Of a DNA stretch of 34,979 nt, positions 15,737-25,006 are shown in pieces. Position 1 is the stretch's first letter; each line of letters begins with the position of its first letter. The notes under the pieces were generated by a model. The model worked only from the letters and a program-made list of their open reading frames with translations, made no database searches and was not told the origin of the DNA. The stretch covers positions 1 through 34,979 of the forward strand of contig BEHZ01000001.1 of NCBI GenBank assembly GCA_002923335.1, in the 5' to 3' direction. The position numbers were made by a program, and so were the translations under genes. The stretch is from a bacterium HR23 (GTDB lineage: Bacteria; Chloroflexota; Dehalococcoidia; Lucifugimonadales; HRBIN23).

Positions 15737-18253
15737 ATGGCCTCTATGAGCAGAACCCTCCTCCTCGCCCTCCTGGGGGCGCTTGCGCTGGGGCTGGTGG
15801 GGGTTGGAGCGTGGGCCGGTCTGCGGGTGCGGAGTGGACTGGCCTACGCCTCCCAGGCCCGGCAGGCGGTCTCCGCCATGGAGGGGGATGTGCAGGCCCT
15901 CCTGGAAGGGAGCCAGGGCCAGCGCCGGGCCCTGGCGTCTCTGCGCACCCACGCCCAAGAGGTGGAAACCGCCAGCGCCCAGGCCCTGGCCCGCTTGGGG
16001 TGGCTGGGGATGCTCCGCCCTTTGCCCTGGGTGGGGCCGAGGGTGCAGGGGGGCTTGGCCCTCCTGGAGGCGGGACGCACCGGCGGGCGCATTGCCCAAC
16101 GCCTGGCCGACGCCCTGGACAAGGTAGCCCTGATGGGGCTGGGCGAGGAGACCCCGGGGGCCGACCCCGCCACCCGCCTGCGCCTCGCCCTGCAGGAGGC
16201 CTCCCCCGCCCTGCGCCAGGCCCAGGAGGACCTCCCCACCCTGGCCCGTGCCCTGGAGACCGCCCGTGGCACCCCCATGGGTCAGGGGGTCTCCGCCCGC
16301 CTGGAGGCCCTCCTGCCGGTGGTGCAGACCCTCTCGGCCCTGGCCCAGGCCAGCCCCCAGGCCCTGGAGCACGCCGTCGCCCTCTCCGGCGGGCTGGAGG
16401 TCCTGCACCGGTGGAGCGCCGACCCCCTTCACACCCTCACCAACCCCACCGCCCTCACCCCCCTCCTGGCCCAGGTGCGGGAGGAGGCGTCGGCCCTGGC
16501 CCAGGCCCTGGAGGTGGCCCGGCGCACCCTCCAGAACGACCCCCAGCAAAGGGAAGCCCTCCGCCTGCTGATGCAAACCAGCCTCCTCCTGCAGCGCACC
16601 CTCACCGCCTTGGAGGGGGTGAGCGCCCTCGCCGAGACCGCCTGGAGCCTGGGCCCCCTCTCGGAAGGCTTCGCCCGCCAGACAGAGGAGCGCCTGCGGA
16701 CCGCCCGGGACGCCCTGGACAGCGCCCAAAAGGAGGCCCTCTCCCTCCGCCTCCTCCTGGAGGAGCAGAAGGGGCGGGGAGAGGCCTCCATCGCCCGCAT
16801 GCTCGCCCAGGCGCTGGAGGGGAGCGCCTTCTCCCTGGAACGACTGGAAACCAGCCTTGCCTCGGCCCAGCAGGTGGTGGACTTCCTGTGGGGCTTTCTG
16901 GGCTACGACTACCCCCGCACCTACCTGGTTATCGCCCAGAACCAGAACGAAATCCGTGCCACGGGGGGCTTTATCGGCTATGTGGCCCGCTTCACCCTGG
17001 ACAAGGGCATCCTGAAGGACCTGGTGCTCCACGACAGCACCGAGATAGACCCCGAGCCGAGCCTGAAGAACCCCCCGCCCCCCGACTTCATCTACTGGTA
17101 TCTCTGGATGGAGCGCCTCCTCTTTCGGGACGCCAACTGGAACCCTCACTTCCCCGCCTCGGCCGCCGCCGTGGCGGAGATTTACGCCCAGTGGACAGGG
17201 GTGCAGGTAGACGGGGTCATCGCCCTCACCAAAGCCCTAACTCTGGACGTGACGGGCATCCTGGGGGATGTGCAGGTGCCGGGGCATTCCGGCCCCCTCA
17301 CCCGTTCGGTGGCCGAGGAGTATACCGAGGGCCAGCGCCCCTACATTGGCCGGGGGCGCCCCACCCGCTCCTATGCCCCCTGCGAGGGGAAGCGGTGCTT
17401 TGACGAAGACCTCTTCTTCGCCCTCATGGAGCGTTTACGCCAGGGGATGCCCGCCACCGTCCGTCAGCGCCTCCTGGACCTGTTGGCGGAGCAGGTGCGC
17501 CGTCGCAACCTCCTCCTGCACCTGTTTGACCCCAACCTGGCCCCCCTGGTGTGGGAGATGGGGTGGAACGGGGCCGTCCGCCAGGTGGACCACGACTACC
17601 TTATGGTGATAGACAACGCCCTCCCCGGCCACGAACGCAAGTGGGCCCGCCGGTCGTGGGAGTATCGGGTCGCCCTGGCGGTGGACCGCCCCCTGGAGGC
17701 ATCCCTCCGCCTGCGCTACACCCATGGGGGTGCCCCGCTCGCAGAGACCTGTCGCCAGGCCGACTGGAAGGCCTCCACCTGCTACTGGAACTTCTTCCAG
17801 GTCTTCCTCTCCCGCTGGGCTATAGATATTGACGCCCCCCCGGTCCTGCTCCACGAGGGCACCGAGAAACTGGCCTGGGGCTACACCGACGCCGAGACCC
17901 TCCGCATCCTGCGCCACACCGGGGAGGGGCTAACGGGGCTGACGGAGGTAGGGGGCTACCTGACGGTGGAATCGGGCACGGTGGTAACGGTGCCCCTGCG
18001 CTACCGCCTTTCGCCCCAGGTGCTCCTCCCCCTGGGAGAGGGGCGCTACGCCTATCGCCTGTTGGTGCAGAAGCAATCCGCAGTGGACGACGACCAGATA
18101 GCCGTTGCGGTGCGCTTGCCGGAGGGGGCGGGCCTGCTCCAGGCTACCCCCCAACCCACCCAACGCCAGGGCCAGTGGCTGGTGTGGCGCACCACCCTCC
18201 TGGCCGACACTACTTTCCTGGTGGTCTTCGCCGCCCCAACCCCGAGGGGCTAG
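15737..18253 (+). CDS. Large membrane-anchored protein, DUF4012-like
   Basis: 838 aa with an N-terminal TM segment, a roughly 380-aa Ala/Leu/Gln-rich helical region, and a C-terminal domain containing AQNQNEIRATGGFIGY. I recall that motif as characteristic of DUF4012, from memory only. Confidence 0.6.
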   Translation: MASMSRTLLLALLGALALGLVGVGAWAGLRVRSGLAYASQARQAVSAMEGDVQALLEGSQGQRRALASLRTHAQEVETASAQALARLGWLGMLRPLPWVGPRVQGGLALLEAGRTGGRIAQRLADALDKVALMGLGEETPGADPATRLRLALQEASPALRQAQEDLPTLARALETARGTPMGQGVSARLEALLPVVQTLSALAQASPQALEHAVALSGGLEVLHRWSADPLHTLTNPTALTPLLAQVREEASALAQALEVARRTLQNDPQQREALRLLMQTSLLLQRTLTALEGVSALAETAWSLGPLSEGFARQTEERLRTARDALDSAQKEALSLRLLLEEQKGRGEASIARMLAQALEGSAFSLERLETSLASAQQVVDFLWGFLGYDYPRTYLVIAQNQNEIRATGGFIGYVARFTLDKGILKDLVLHDSTEIDPEPSLKNPPPPDFIYWYLWMERLLFRDANWNPHFPASAAAVAEIYAQWTGVQVDGVIALTKALTLDVTGILGDVQVPGHSGPLTRSVAEEYTEGQRPYIGRGRPTRSYAPCEGKRCFDEDLFFALMERLRQGMPATVRQRLLDLLAEQVRRRNLLLHLFDPNLAPLVWEMGWNGAVRQVDHDYLMVIDNALPGHERKWARRSWEYRVALAVDRPLEASLRLRYTHGGAPLAETCRQADWKASTCYWNFFQVFLSRWAIDIDAPPVLLHEGTEKLAWGYTDAETLRILRHTGEGLTGLTEVGGYLTVESGTVVTVPLRYRLSPQVLLPLGEGRYAYRLLVQKQSAVDDDQIAVAVRLPEGAGLLQATPQPTQRQGQWLVWRTTLLADTTFLVVFAAPTPRG

Positions 18254-18269
18254 CGCCCTCTTTGCGCCT

Positions 18270-18755
18270 CTATCGGCGGGTTGAGGCCCCCTTACGCCAC
18301 TGGGCGATGCCCTCCTCCAGGGTCATCCACCCCAGGAGGGCGCACTTGATGCGCACCGGGAACTTGCTGACGCCTCGCAGGGCCTCCAGGTCGCCCAACT
18401 CCTCCAACTCCTGAGGCGAAAGGGCCTTCCCCTGCAGCATCTCCCGCACCCGTCGGGAGAGGCCCAGGGCCTCCCCTACCGTCTTCCCCTTGAGCAGTTC
18501 CCCCATCATGGAGGCCGACGCCTGGGAGATGGAGCACCCCCGCCCCTGCACGCCCACCTGGACGATGCGCTCCCCCTCCAGCCGTATCTGCACCGCCACC
18601 TCGTCCCCACAGAAGGGGTTCTGCCCCTCACTGGCGATGTCCGCATGGGGCACCGGCGAGCGGTTCCGGGGGTTGCGGTAATGGTCCAGGATCACCTCCC
18701 GATACAGTTCGTCCAGTTCGTCCATGGGGAAGGCGGGGGAGGTGTCCTGGGCCAT
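18270..18755 (-). CDS. sufU: SufU (NifU-like) Fe-S cluster scaffold / sulfur acceptor
   Basis: Contains LDHYRNPRN, NPFCGDE, GRGCSISQASASMM and KFPVRIKCALL. Confidence 0.9.
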   Translation of the reverse strand: MAQDTSPAFPMDELDELYREVILDHYRNPRNRSPVPHADIASEGQNPFCGDEVAVQIRLEGERIVQVGVQGRGCSISQASASMMGELLKGKTVGEALGLSRRVREMLQGKALSPQELEELGDLEALRGVSKFPVRIKCALLGWMTLEEGIAQWRKGASTRR

Positions 18756-18761
18756 GGCCGC

Positions 18762-20003
18762 CTACCGTGGAGTGCCCACCCGCCCAAAGAAGCGGATGGC
18801 CTTGCGGAGGGCGTCAATGAGGGCGTCTACCTCTTCCTCGGTGTTGTAGAGGTAGAAACTGGCACGGGCGGTGGCCACCACCCCTAGGGAGCGCACCAGG
18901 GGCATAGCGCAATGGTGCCCGGCACGGATGGCGATGCCCTCCCGGTCCAGGAAGGTGCCCAGGTCGTGGGGGTGGATGTCGGGGTGGTGGAAGGAGATAA
19001 CCCCGCCCCTCTGCTCCGCCCGGGGGGGGCCAAAGACCTGCACCTCCTCCAACTCGGCGAAGCGTTGGAGGGCGTAGCGGGTGAGGGCGATTTCGTGCTG
19101 GCGGATGGCGGACATGCCGATGGCCTTCAGGTAGTCAATGGCCACCCCGAAGGCGATGGCGTCGGCGATGTTGGGCGTGCCCGCCTCATAGCGGAAGGGA
19201 GGAGCCTTCCAGGTGGCCCGCTCATAGGTAACCTCCCGCACCATCTCCCCACCCATCAGGAAGGGCTCCATCTCCTCCAGCAGGGGGAGTTTGCCGTAGA
19301 GCACCCCGATGCCCGTTGGCCCCAGCATCTTGTGGGCCGAGAAGGCCAGGAAGTCGCAGTCCAGGGCCTGCACATCCACCGGCATATGGGGGACGCTCTG
19401 GGCGCCGTCCACCAGCACCAGAGCACCCACGCCGTGGGCCAGGCGCACCACCTCCTCCACCGGCACGATGCTCCCCAGCACATTAGACATATGGGTGATG
19501 GCGACCAGGCGCACCCGTGGCGAAAGCAAACGCCGGAAGGCGTCCATATCCAGGAGGCCCTCCGGCGTAAGGGGGGCGATGCGTAGGGTCGCACCCGTTT
19601 CGGCACAGACCCTCTGCCAGGGCACCAGGTTAGAGTGGTGCTCCATAGCGCTGGTGAGCACCTCCTCCCCAGGTTTCAAGTGGTGGCGCGCCCAGGCGGA
19701 GGCCACCAGGTTGATGGCCTCGGTGGTGTTGCGGGTCCAGATAATGCACTCCAGGGAAGGTGCGTTGATGAAGTCCGCTACCTTCTGGCGTGCCTCTTCG
19801 TAGCGCTGGGTGGCCTCCTCCCCCAGGGTGTGCACCGCACGGTGCACATTGGCGTTGTAGCCCTCGTAATACGCCACCAGGGCCTGGATGACCTGGCGCG
19901 GCTTCTGGGAGGTGGCAGCGTTGTCTAGGTAGACCAGGGGCTTGCCGTGCACCTTGCGCTGGAGCACGGGGAAGTCTTGGCGGATGGTGTGGACATCCAG
20001 CAT
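18762..20003 (-). CDS. sufS: Cysteine desulfurase SufS
   Basis: 413 aa with FPVL...VYLDNAATSQKP, the PLP lysine region FSAHKMLGPTGIG, and the active-site loop RAGHHCAMP. Confidence 0.9.
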   Translation of the reverse strand: MLDVHTIRQDFPVLQRKVHGKPLVYLDNAATSQKPRQVIQALVAYYEGYNANVHRAVHTLGEEATQRYEEARQKVADFINAPSLECIIWTRNTTEAINLVASAWARHHLKPGEEVLTSAMEHHSNLVPWQRVCAETGATLRIAPLTPEGLLDMDAFRRLLSPRVRLVAITHMSNVLGSIVPVEEVVRLAHGVGALVLVDGAQSVPHMPVDVQALDCDFLAFSAHKMLGPTGIGVLYGKLPLLEEMEPFLMGGEMVREVTYERATWKAPPFRYEAGTPNIADAIAFGVAIDYLKAIGMSAIRQHEIALTRYALQRFAELEEVQVFGPPRAEQRGGVISFHHPDIHPHDLGTFLDREGIAIRAGHHCAMPLVRSLGVVATARASFYLYNTEEEVDALIDALRKAIRFFGRVGTPR

Positions 20004-20011
20004 GTTGCCCC

Positions 20012-20329
20012 CTAGTCGGGAAGGGCTACCTCTATCTTATCCCCCTGGATGCGGGTCTTGAAGGTCTGGATGGGGCGCACGGCGGGAAGGGCCAGCACCG
20101 CCCCGGTGCGCACATCAAACCGTGCCCCGTGGCGGGGGCATTCTATCGCATAGCCGAAGAGCACCCCCTCCCCCAGGGGGCCACCGTCGTGGGTGCAGAG
20201 GTTCTGGACGGCGAAGAACTGCCCATCCACATTGCATACCGCCAGGGACCTCCCCCCCGCCTGCACCACCCGGGCGGTGCCAGGGGGGATATCACGAGGG
20301 GAGGCGACGGCTATCCACCGCTCGGCCAT
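20012..20329 (-). CDS. Rieske [2Fe-2S] ferredoxin-like protein embedded in the suf operon
   Basis: Rieske ligand motifs CTHDGGPL and CPRHGARF; 105 aa. Confidence 0.85.
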   Translation of the reverse strand: MAERWIAVASPRDIPPGTARVVQAGGRSLAVCNVDGQFFAVQNLCTHDGGPLGEGVLFGYAIECPRHGARFDVRTGAVLALPAVRPIQTFKTRIQGDKIEVALPD

Positions 20330-20332
20330 AGG

Positions 20333-21679
20333 CTACCCTCCCTTGGAGGCGTCGGGAGTCTGCATCTTCCGGTGGATAAAGGCCCAAATGCGCTCCCTCA
20401 GCCAGGGGGTAGGAATGCGCTGGGCCAGGGGGTCAAAGAAGCCCTCCACCAGAATGCGCCTGGCCTCTGGCAAGGGGATGCCCCGGCTCTGGAGGTAGAA
20501 GAGGTGCTCCTCATCCACAGGGCCGACGCTGGCAGCGTGGGAGCACCGCAGGTCGTCCGCCTCTATCTCCAGGACGGGGATGGAGTCGGCCTTGGGGCGC
20601 CCCCCCAGCAGGAGGTTCTTGTTGGTCTGGAAGGCGTCGGTCTTCACCGCCCCCCGGCGCACCTTCACCGTGCCGTAGTAAACGGCACGGGCAGTATCCT
20701 TCAGGGCGGATTTGTAAAGTAAGTCGCTGGTGGTGGAGGGGGAGTGATGGTCCTGCAGGGTTACCTGGTCAAAGACCTGTTCCCCGTCTCCGAAGAGGAC
20801 CCCCAGGAGGTCGGACCTGCTCCCCTGGCCCTCCAGGTGGTTCTCCAGCACCGTCTTCACGAACCGGCTCCCGAAGTGAATCTGGTAGGTGAGCAGGGAA
20901 GCATCCCGCCCCAGGATGCGACTGCGCTGGAAGGAGAGGAAGAGGGCCTGGGGGCCGAGGCACTGGACACCCGTGTAGCGCACCTGGGAGGCGCTGTCCA
21001 GCAGGAGTTCCACCACGGGGAGCGCCAGAGCCGGCCCCTCCCCCTCCTGCCAGTAGTCCTCCACGATGGTGGCCGACGCCCCCTCCTCAGCCACGATGAG
21101 GGTGTGGGGGAAGAGGGCCCCCTGGGGTCGGGCGAGGATGTGGAGGAGGTGGATGGGCCGTTCCACCTGGGCGTTGCGGGGCAGGTAGATGAACACCCCC
21201 CCATTGCGGAAGGCGGACGCCATAGCGGTGAAGCGGTTCTCGGTGGGGGCAATGGCCTTGCCGAGGTAGGTCTGCACCAGGGAGGGGCGCTGGCGCAGGG
21301 CCTCCTCCAGGGGCATCACCACCACCCCCGCCCTCTCCACTGCCGGGGAGAGGAGATGGCGAAGGGTGTGCCCCTCGGCCTGCACCAATAGGGCATCATA
21401 CTCTTTGCCGGGGCGCAGGAGGGTGCGGGCGGTGCCCAGGGTGCGCCGACGGGGGGCGTCCCCGTCGGGCTGGAAGGCTTCGTAGGGCAAGGAGGCCACA
21501 TCGGTCCGACGCCACCACTCGTGGGAAGGAGGCGGGAAGGGGGTCTGCTGGTATGCGTGGAAAGCGTCTAAACGGGCGTGAAGCGCCCAGCCCGGCTCTC
21601 CCCAGCGGGCAGACAGCCGTCGCACCGCCTCTTCGGTGAGGCGGGAGAGAGGGCGCTGGGTAAGGGCGACATCGCTCAT
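20333..21679 (-). CDS. sufD: Fe-S cluster assembly protein SufD
   Basis: 448 aa and SufB/D-fold (e.g. FQTNKNLLL...ADSIPVLEIEADDLRCSHAASVGPVDEE.LFYLQSRGI). It sits immediately downstream of sufB. Confidence 0.85.
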   Translation of the reverse strand: MSDVALTQRPLSRLTEEAVRRLSARWGEPGWALHARLDAFHAYQQTPFPPPSHEWWRRTDVASLPYEAFQPDGDAPRRRTLGTARTLLRPGKEYDALLVQAEGHTLRHLLSPAVERAGVVVMPLEEALRQRPSLVQTYLGKAIAPTENRFTAMASAFRNGGVFIYLPRNAQVERPIHLLHILARPQGALFPHTLIVAEEGASATIVEDYWQEGEGPALALPVVELLLDSASQVRYTGVQCLGPQALFLSFQRSRILGRDASLLTYQIHFGSRFVKTVLENHLEGQGSRSDLLGVLFGDGEQVFDQVTLQDHHSPSTTSDLLYKSALKDTARAVYYGTVKVRRGAVKTDAFQTNKNLLLGGRPKADSIPVLEIEADDLRCSHAASVGPVDEEHLFYLQSRGIPLPEARRILVEGFFDPLAQRIPTPWLRERIWAFIHRKMQTPDASKGG

Positions 21680-21709
21680 AACGGGTGTGCTCCTGTGAGG
21701 AATGAAGGG

Positions 21710-23113
21710 TTAGCCGACCGCCCCTGAGAGTTGCAGTTCAATGAGGCGGTTCATCTCCACGGCGTATTCCATGGGCAGGGTTTTGGTAAACGGCTCAATG
21801 AAGCCGTTGACCACCATGGCCATGGCCTCCGTCTCGGTGAGGCCACGGCTCATGAGGTAGAAGAGTTGTTCCTCGCTGATCTTGGCCACCACCGCCTCGT
21901 GGCCGATGGACACATCCTCCTCCGCCACCTCAATGTAGGGATAGGTGTCGGAGCGGGAGTAGGGGTCCAGGATGAGGGCATCGCACCGCACCATAGACTT
22001 GGCGCCCTTGGCCCCCTCGTAAATCTTCAGGAGGCCCCGGTAGGAGGTGCGCCCCCCGCCCTTGGAGATAGACTTGCTGAGGATGGTAGAGGAGGTGTAG
22101 GGGGCCACATGGATGGCCTTGCCCCCGGCGTCCTGGTGCTGGCCGGTGTTGGCGAAGGCAACGGAAAGGATATCCCCCCGTGCCCCCTTGCCCATCAGGA
22201 AGACGGAGGGGTATTTCATGGTAACTTTGGAGCCCAGGTTGGCGTCTATCCACTCCACCACCGCCTCTTCGTAGGCCACCGCGCGCTTGGTAACCAGGTT
22301 ATAAACATTGAGGGACCAGTTCTGGATGGTGGTGTAGCGCAGGCGTGCCCCCCGCATGGAGATGAGTTCCACCACCGCGCTGTGAAGGGAGTCTTTGGAG
22401 TAGACGGGGGCGGTGCACCCCTCCACATAGTGGACGAAGGAGCCCTCGTCGGCGATGATGAGGGTGCGCTCAAACTGCCCCATGGCCTCGGCGTTGATAC
22501 GGAAGTAGGCCTGGAGGGGGATCTCCACCCGCACCCCGGGGGGCACATAGATGAAGGAGCCTCCGCTCCACACGGCGCTGTTGAGGGCGGCGAACTTGTT
22601 GTCGGCGGGGGGGATAACGGTGCCGAAGAAACGACGCACCAGGTCGGGATACTCCCGCACCGCCGTGTCGGTATCCACGAAGATAACGCCCTTCTTCTTC
22701 AGGTCCTCCCGGAGGGAGTGGTAGACCACCTCGGATTCATACTGGGCACCTACCCCGGCCAGGAACTTGCGCTCCGCCTCGGGGATACCCAGTCGGTCAA
22801 AGGTCTTCTTGATGTAGTCGGGGACCTCGTCCCAGGAGTGCCCCTGGCGCTCTGTGGGCTTCACATAGTAGTGGATCTCGTCGAAGTTGATGGCGGAGAG
22901 GTCGGCCCCCCAGGTGGGCATGGGCTTCTGGAAGAAGACCTCCAGGGCACGGAGGCGGAAGTCCCGCATCCACTGGGGCTCCCCCTTCATATCGGAGATC
23001 TCCTCCACCACCCGGCGGGAGAGGCCGGGCTTGGCCTTGTAGACATACAGTTCGGGGTCCCGGAAGCCGTATTTATAAGGGCCGAGGTCAATCTGTGGGC
23101 GTGCGGTGGTCAT
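21710..23113 (-). CDS. sufB: Fe-S cluster assembly protein SufB
   Basis: 467 aa from ATG 23113 (SD AGGAG upstream), starting [17 protein letters not shown]... and containing [14 protein letters not shown] and [31 protein letters not shown]. The track's 88-codon upstream extension overlaps sufC and is rejected. Confidence 0.9.
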   Translation of the reverse strand: MTTARPQIDLGPYKYGFRDPELYVYKAKPGLSRRVVEEISDMKGEPQWMRDFRLRALEVFFQKPMPTWGADLSAINFDEIHYYVKPTERQGHSWDEVPDYIKKTFDRLGIPEAERKFLAGVGAQYESEVVYHSLREDLKKKGVIFVDTDTAVREYPDLVRRFFGTVIPPADNKFAALNSAVWSGGSFIYVPPGVRVEIPLQAYFRINAEAMGQFERTLIIADEGSFVHYVEGCTAPVYSKDSLHSAVVELISMRGARLRYTTIQNWSLNVYNLVTKRAVAYEEAVVEWIDANLGSKVTMKYPSVFLMGKGARGDILSVAFANTGQHQDAGGKAIHVAPYTSSTILSKSISKGGGRTSYRGLLKIYEGAKGAKSMVRCDALILDPYSRSDTYPYIEVAEEDVSIGHEAVVAKISEEQLFYLMSRGLTETEAMAMVVNGFIEPFTKTLPMEYAVEMNRLIELQLSGAVG

Positions 23114-23126
23114 GGCTCTCTCCTTT

Positions 23127-23891
23127 CTATGCCTGGGAGCGCACCTGCTGAAGGACCTGTTCGTAGCCCCGTGCCTCCAGTTCCTCGGCCAGTTCGGGGC
23201 CGCCGGAGCGGACGATGCGCCCCTCCGCCAGGATGTGCACGAAACGGGGGCGCACATAGCGCAGGATGCGCTGGTAGTGGGTGATGAGCAGGATGGCGTT
23301 GGCCGGGGAGGCGAAGGCGTTGATGCCCTCGGCCACCACCCGGAGAGCGTCAATATCCAGACCCGAATCCGTTTCATCCAGCACGGCGACGGTCGGCTGG
23401 AGGACGGTGAGTTGCAGGATCTCGGCCCGCTTCTTCTCGCCCCCCGAGAAGCCCTCGTTCACATAGCGCTGGAGGAAGGACTCGTCCATCTTCAGCAGGT
23501 TGGCCTGTTCCCGAATGCGCCGGCGGAACTGGACCACAGGGAGGTCCTGGCCACGAAGGGCCCGGCCGGCCGTGCGCAGGAGGTTGAACAAGGTAACCCC
23601 CGGCACCGCCACAGGATACTGGAAGGCCAGGAAGAGGCCTTTGCGTGCCCGTTCATCGGCGGTTGCCGAGGTGATGTCCTCCCCCTTCAGAAGGATGCGC
23701 CCCTGGGTAACCTGATACTTGGGGTGGCCCATAATGGCGTAGGCCAGGGTGCTCTTGCCGGAGCCGTTGGGCCCCATGAGGGCGTGCACCTCGCCGGGGT
23801 AAAGGGCCAGGGAAACGCCCCTGAGAATCTCCTTGCCTTCCACCGCCACATGGAGGTCTTCTATCTGCAGGAGGGGAGACAGAGTGGTCAT
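23127..23891 (-). CDS. sufC: SufC ABC-type ATPase
   Basis: Walker [13 protein letters not shown] signature FSGGEKKR, Walker [13 protein letters not shown]. Confidence 0.9.
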   Translation of the reverse strand: MTTLSPLLQIEDLHVAVEGKEILRGVSLALYPGEVHALMGPNGSGKSTLAYAIMGHPKYQVTQGRILLKGEDITSATADERARKGLFLAFQYPVAVPGVTLFNLLRTAGRALRGQDLPVVQFRRRIREQANLLKMDESFLQRYVNEGFSGGEKKRAEILQLTVLQPTVAVLDETDSGLDIDALRVVAEGINAFASPANAILLITHYQRILRYVRPRFVHILAEGRIVRSGGPELAEELEARGYEQVLQQVRSQA

Positions 23892-23932
23892 GGCACCCTT
23901 TCTTTTGTCGTCTTTGGAGATAGCCTAAGTCA

Positions 23933-23961
23933 ACATTACCACGCTCCCCTGCCCCTGTCAA
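23933..23961 (-). promoter_or_regulatory. Sigma-70-type promoter of the suf operon: TTGACA - 17 nt - TAATGT, with TG at the extended -10 position
   Basis: The minus strand reads TTGACA (23961-23956), a 17-nt spacer, then TAATGT (23938-23933). This is about 40 nt upstream of the sufC ATG. Confidence 0.6.
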
Positions 23962-24024
23962 GGGCGGGAGGGGCCAGGGCACCGCCCTTCTCGGAGGGGG
24001 AAGCGGGCACACGCCCTATCCCCG

Positions 24025-24420
24025 CTAGAGGGCGTTCCCACTGATGTGCTCGGGGGCGATGACCAGAATAACCCTCTGCTCCCCAGGGCGTAGGGGATAG
24101 GGCTGGCCCCGATATTTGTAGGATAACTTGTGGATATGCTCCGTGGCCCCCTCGGTGCGAATTTCCACCACCCGCCCCCGAATCTGCAGGCGCCGGTAGG
24201 GGTCCTGGGGGTCCGTTACCGAGAGGGCGATACGGGGGTCCCTGCGCACATTCCGCTCTTTCACACGCCCCAGGGCGGTGTTGACCAGAATATAGGTGCC
24301 GTCGGTGTCTATCCACACGGGGGTTACCTGGGGCGAGCCGTTGCGCATGAGCGTCGCCAGGTGAGCAAAAACGGGCTTCTCCAAGAGCGCGCGGGCACCC
24401 GCCGAAAGTGGCACAGGCAC
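24025..24420 (-). CDS. Pyridoxamine 5'-phosphate oxidase (PPOX) family protein, possibly F420-dependent class
   Basis: Pattern FAHLATLMRNGSPQVTPVWID.DGTYILVNT...RNVRRDPRIALSV.D...YRRLQIRGRV. GTG at 24420 lies 6 nt after GGGAGG. Confidence 0.7.
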   Translation of the reverse strand: MPVPLSAGARALLEKPVFAHLATLMRNGSPQVTPVWIDTDGTYILVNTALGRVKERNVRRDPRIALSVTDPQDPYRRLQIRGRVVEIRTEGATEHIHKLSYKYRGQPYPLRPGEQRVILVIAPEHISGNAL

Positions 24421-24529
24421 AGGGCACCTCCCACGGCGGTGTCTATGCCATAATGCAAGGGTAACCCCAAAAGGCGACGGGGGCAAGAGGGGAGCCACCT
24501 CCCCTTATCCATAGGGTAACGAGCAGAGT

Positions 24530-25006
24530 ATGGAGAGCCCCATCCCCCCTGCCCTCCCGCAGGGGAGGCGCTGGCCTCCCCTGCTGGCCCTGGTCCTTTG
24601 GCTGGGGGTTATCCTGGGCGTCTCCTCCTGGCCACGCCCTGCCCTGCCGGTAGAGCCTCCCTCTTTCCTGCGCCAGGCCCTGGCCCCTACGGTGCACTTC
24701 CTTCTCTACGGCGTCCTGGGGCTGTTGGCCTCCTGGGCCCTGAAACGGGGGGGGCCTCAGCGGATTCCGCCCCTTCTCACCGTCGCCGGCGTGGGGCTGT
24801 TCGGGTTCCTGTGGGGGATGCTGGACGAGTGGTATCAGGGCTTTATCCCGGGGCGGGATTCCTCGTGGGGGGACGTGGCGGTGGATGTGGTGGGGGCCAT
24901 CGCTGGGGGCGTGGCCTTCGCCTGGCTCGTGGCCCGTGGGGGGCGAGGCCACCTCTCCCCCCAACGGTCAGCGCAGGAGCAGGAGCACCACCACCGCCGT
25001 GGCTAG
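24530..25006 (+). CDS. VanZ family membrane protein
   Basis: 158 aa with four hydrophobic segments and the pattern HFLLYGVLGLL...DEWYQGFIPGRDSSWGDVAVDVVGA. Confidence 0.7.
   Translation: MESPIPPALPQGRRWPPLLALVLWLGVILGVSSWPRPALPVEPPSFLRQALAPTVHFLLYGVLGLLASWALKRGGPQRIPPLLTVAGVGLFGFLWGMLDEWYQGFIPGRDSSWGDVAVDVVGAIAGGVAFAWLVARGGRGHLSPQRSAQEQEHHHRRG

Noticed and set aside
15707-17403. 480-aa (minus) and 530-aa (plus, other frame) ORFs overlapping the DUF4012-like gene
   Set aside because: Both are Pro/Gly/Arg-rich alternative-frame products. The chosen frame has a TM anchor and a conserved C-terminal domain.
21731-23284. 517-aa plus-strand ORF antisense to sufB
   Set aside because: It is a shadow ORF opposite a highly conserved gene.
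23114-23377. 88-codon N-terminal extension of sufB in the ORF track
   Set aside because: It overlaps the 3' end of sufC in another frame and is Pro/Ser/Arg-rich. The internal ATG at 23113 has an AGGAG SD and gives the canonical SufB N-terminus and length.
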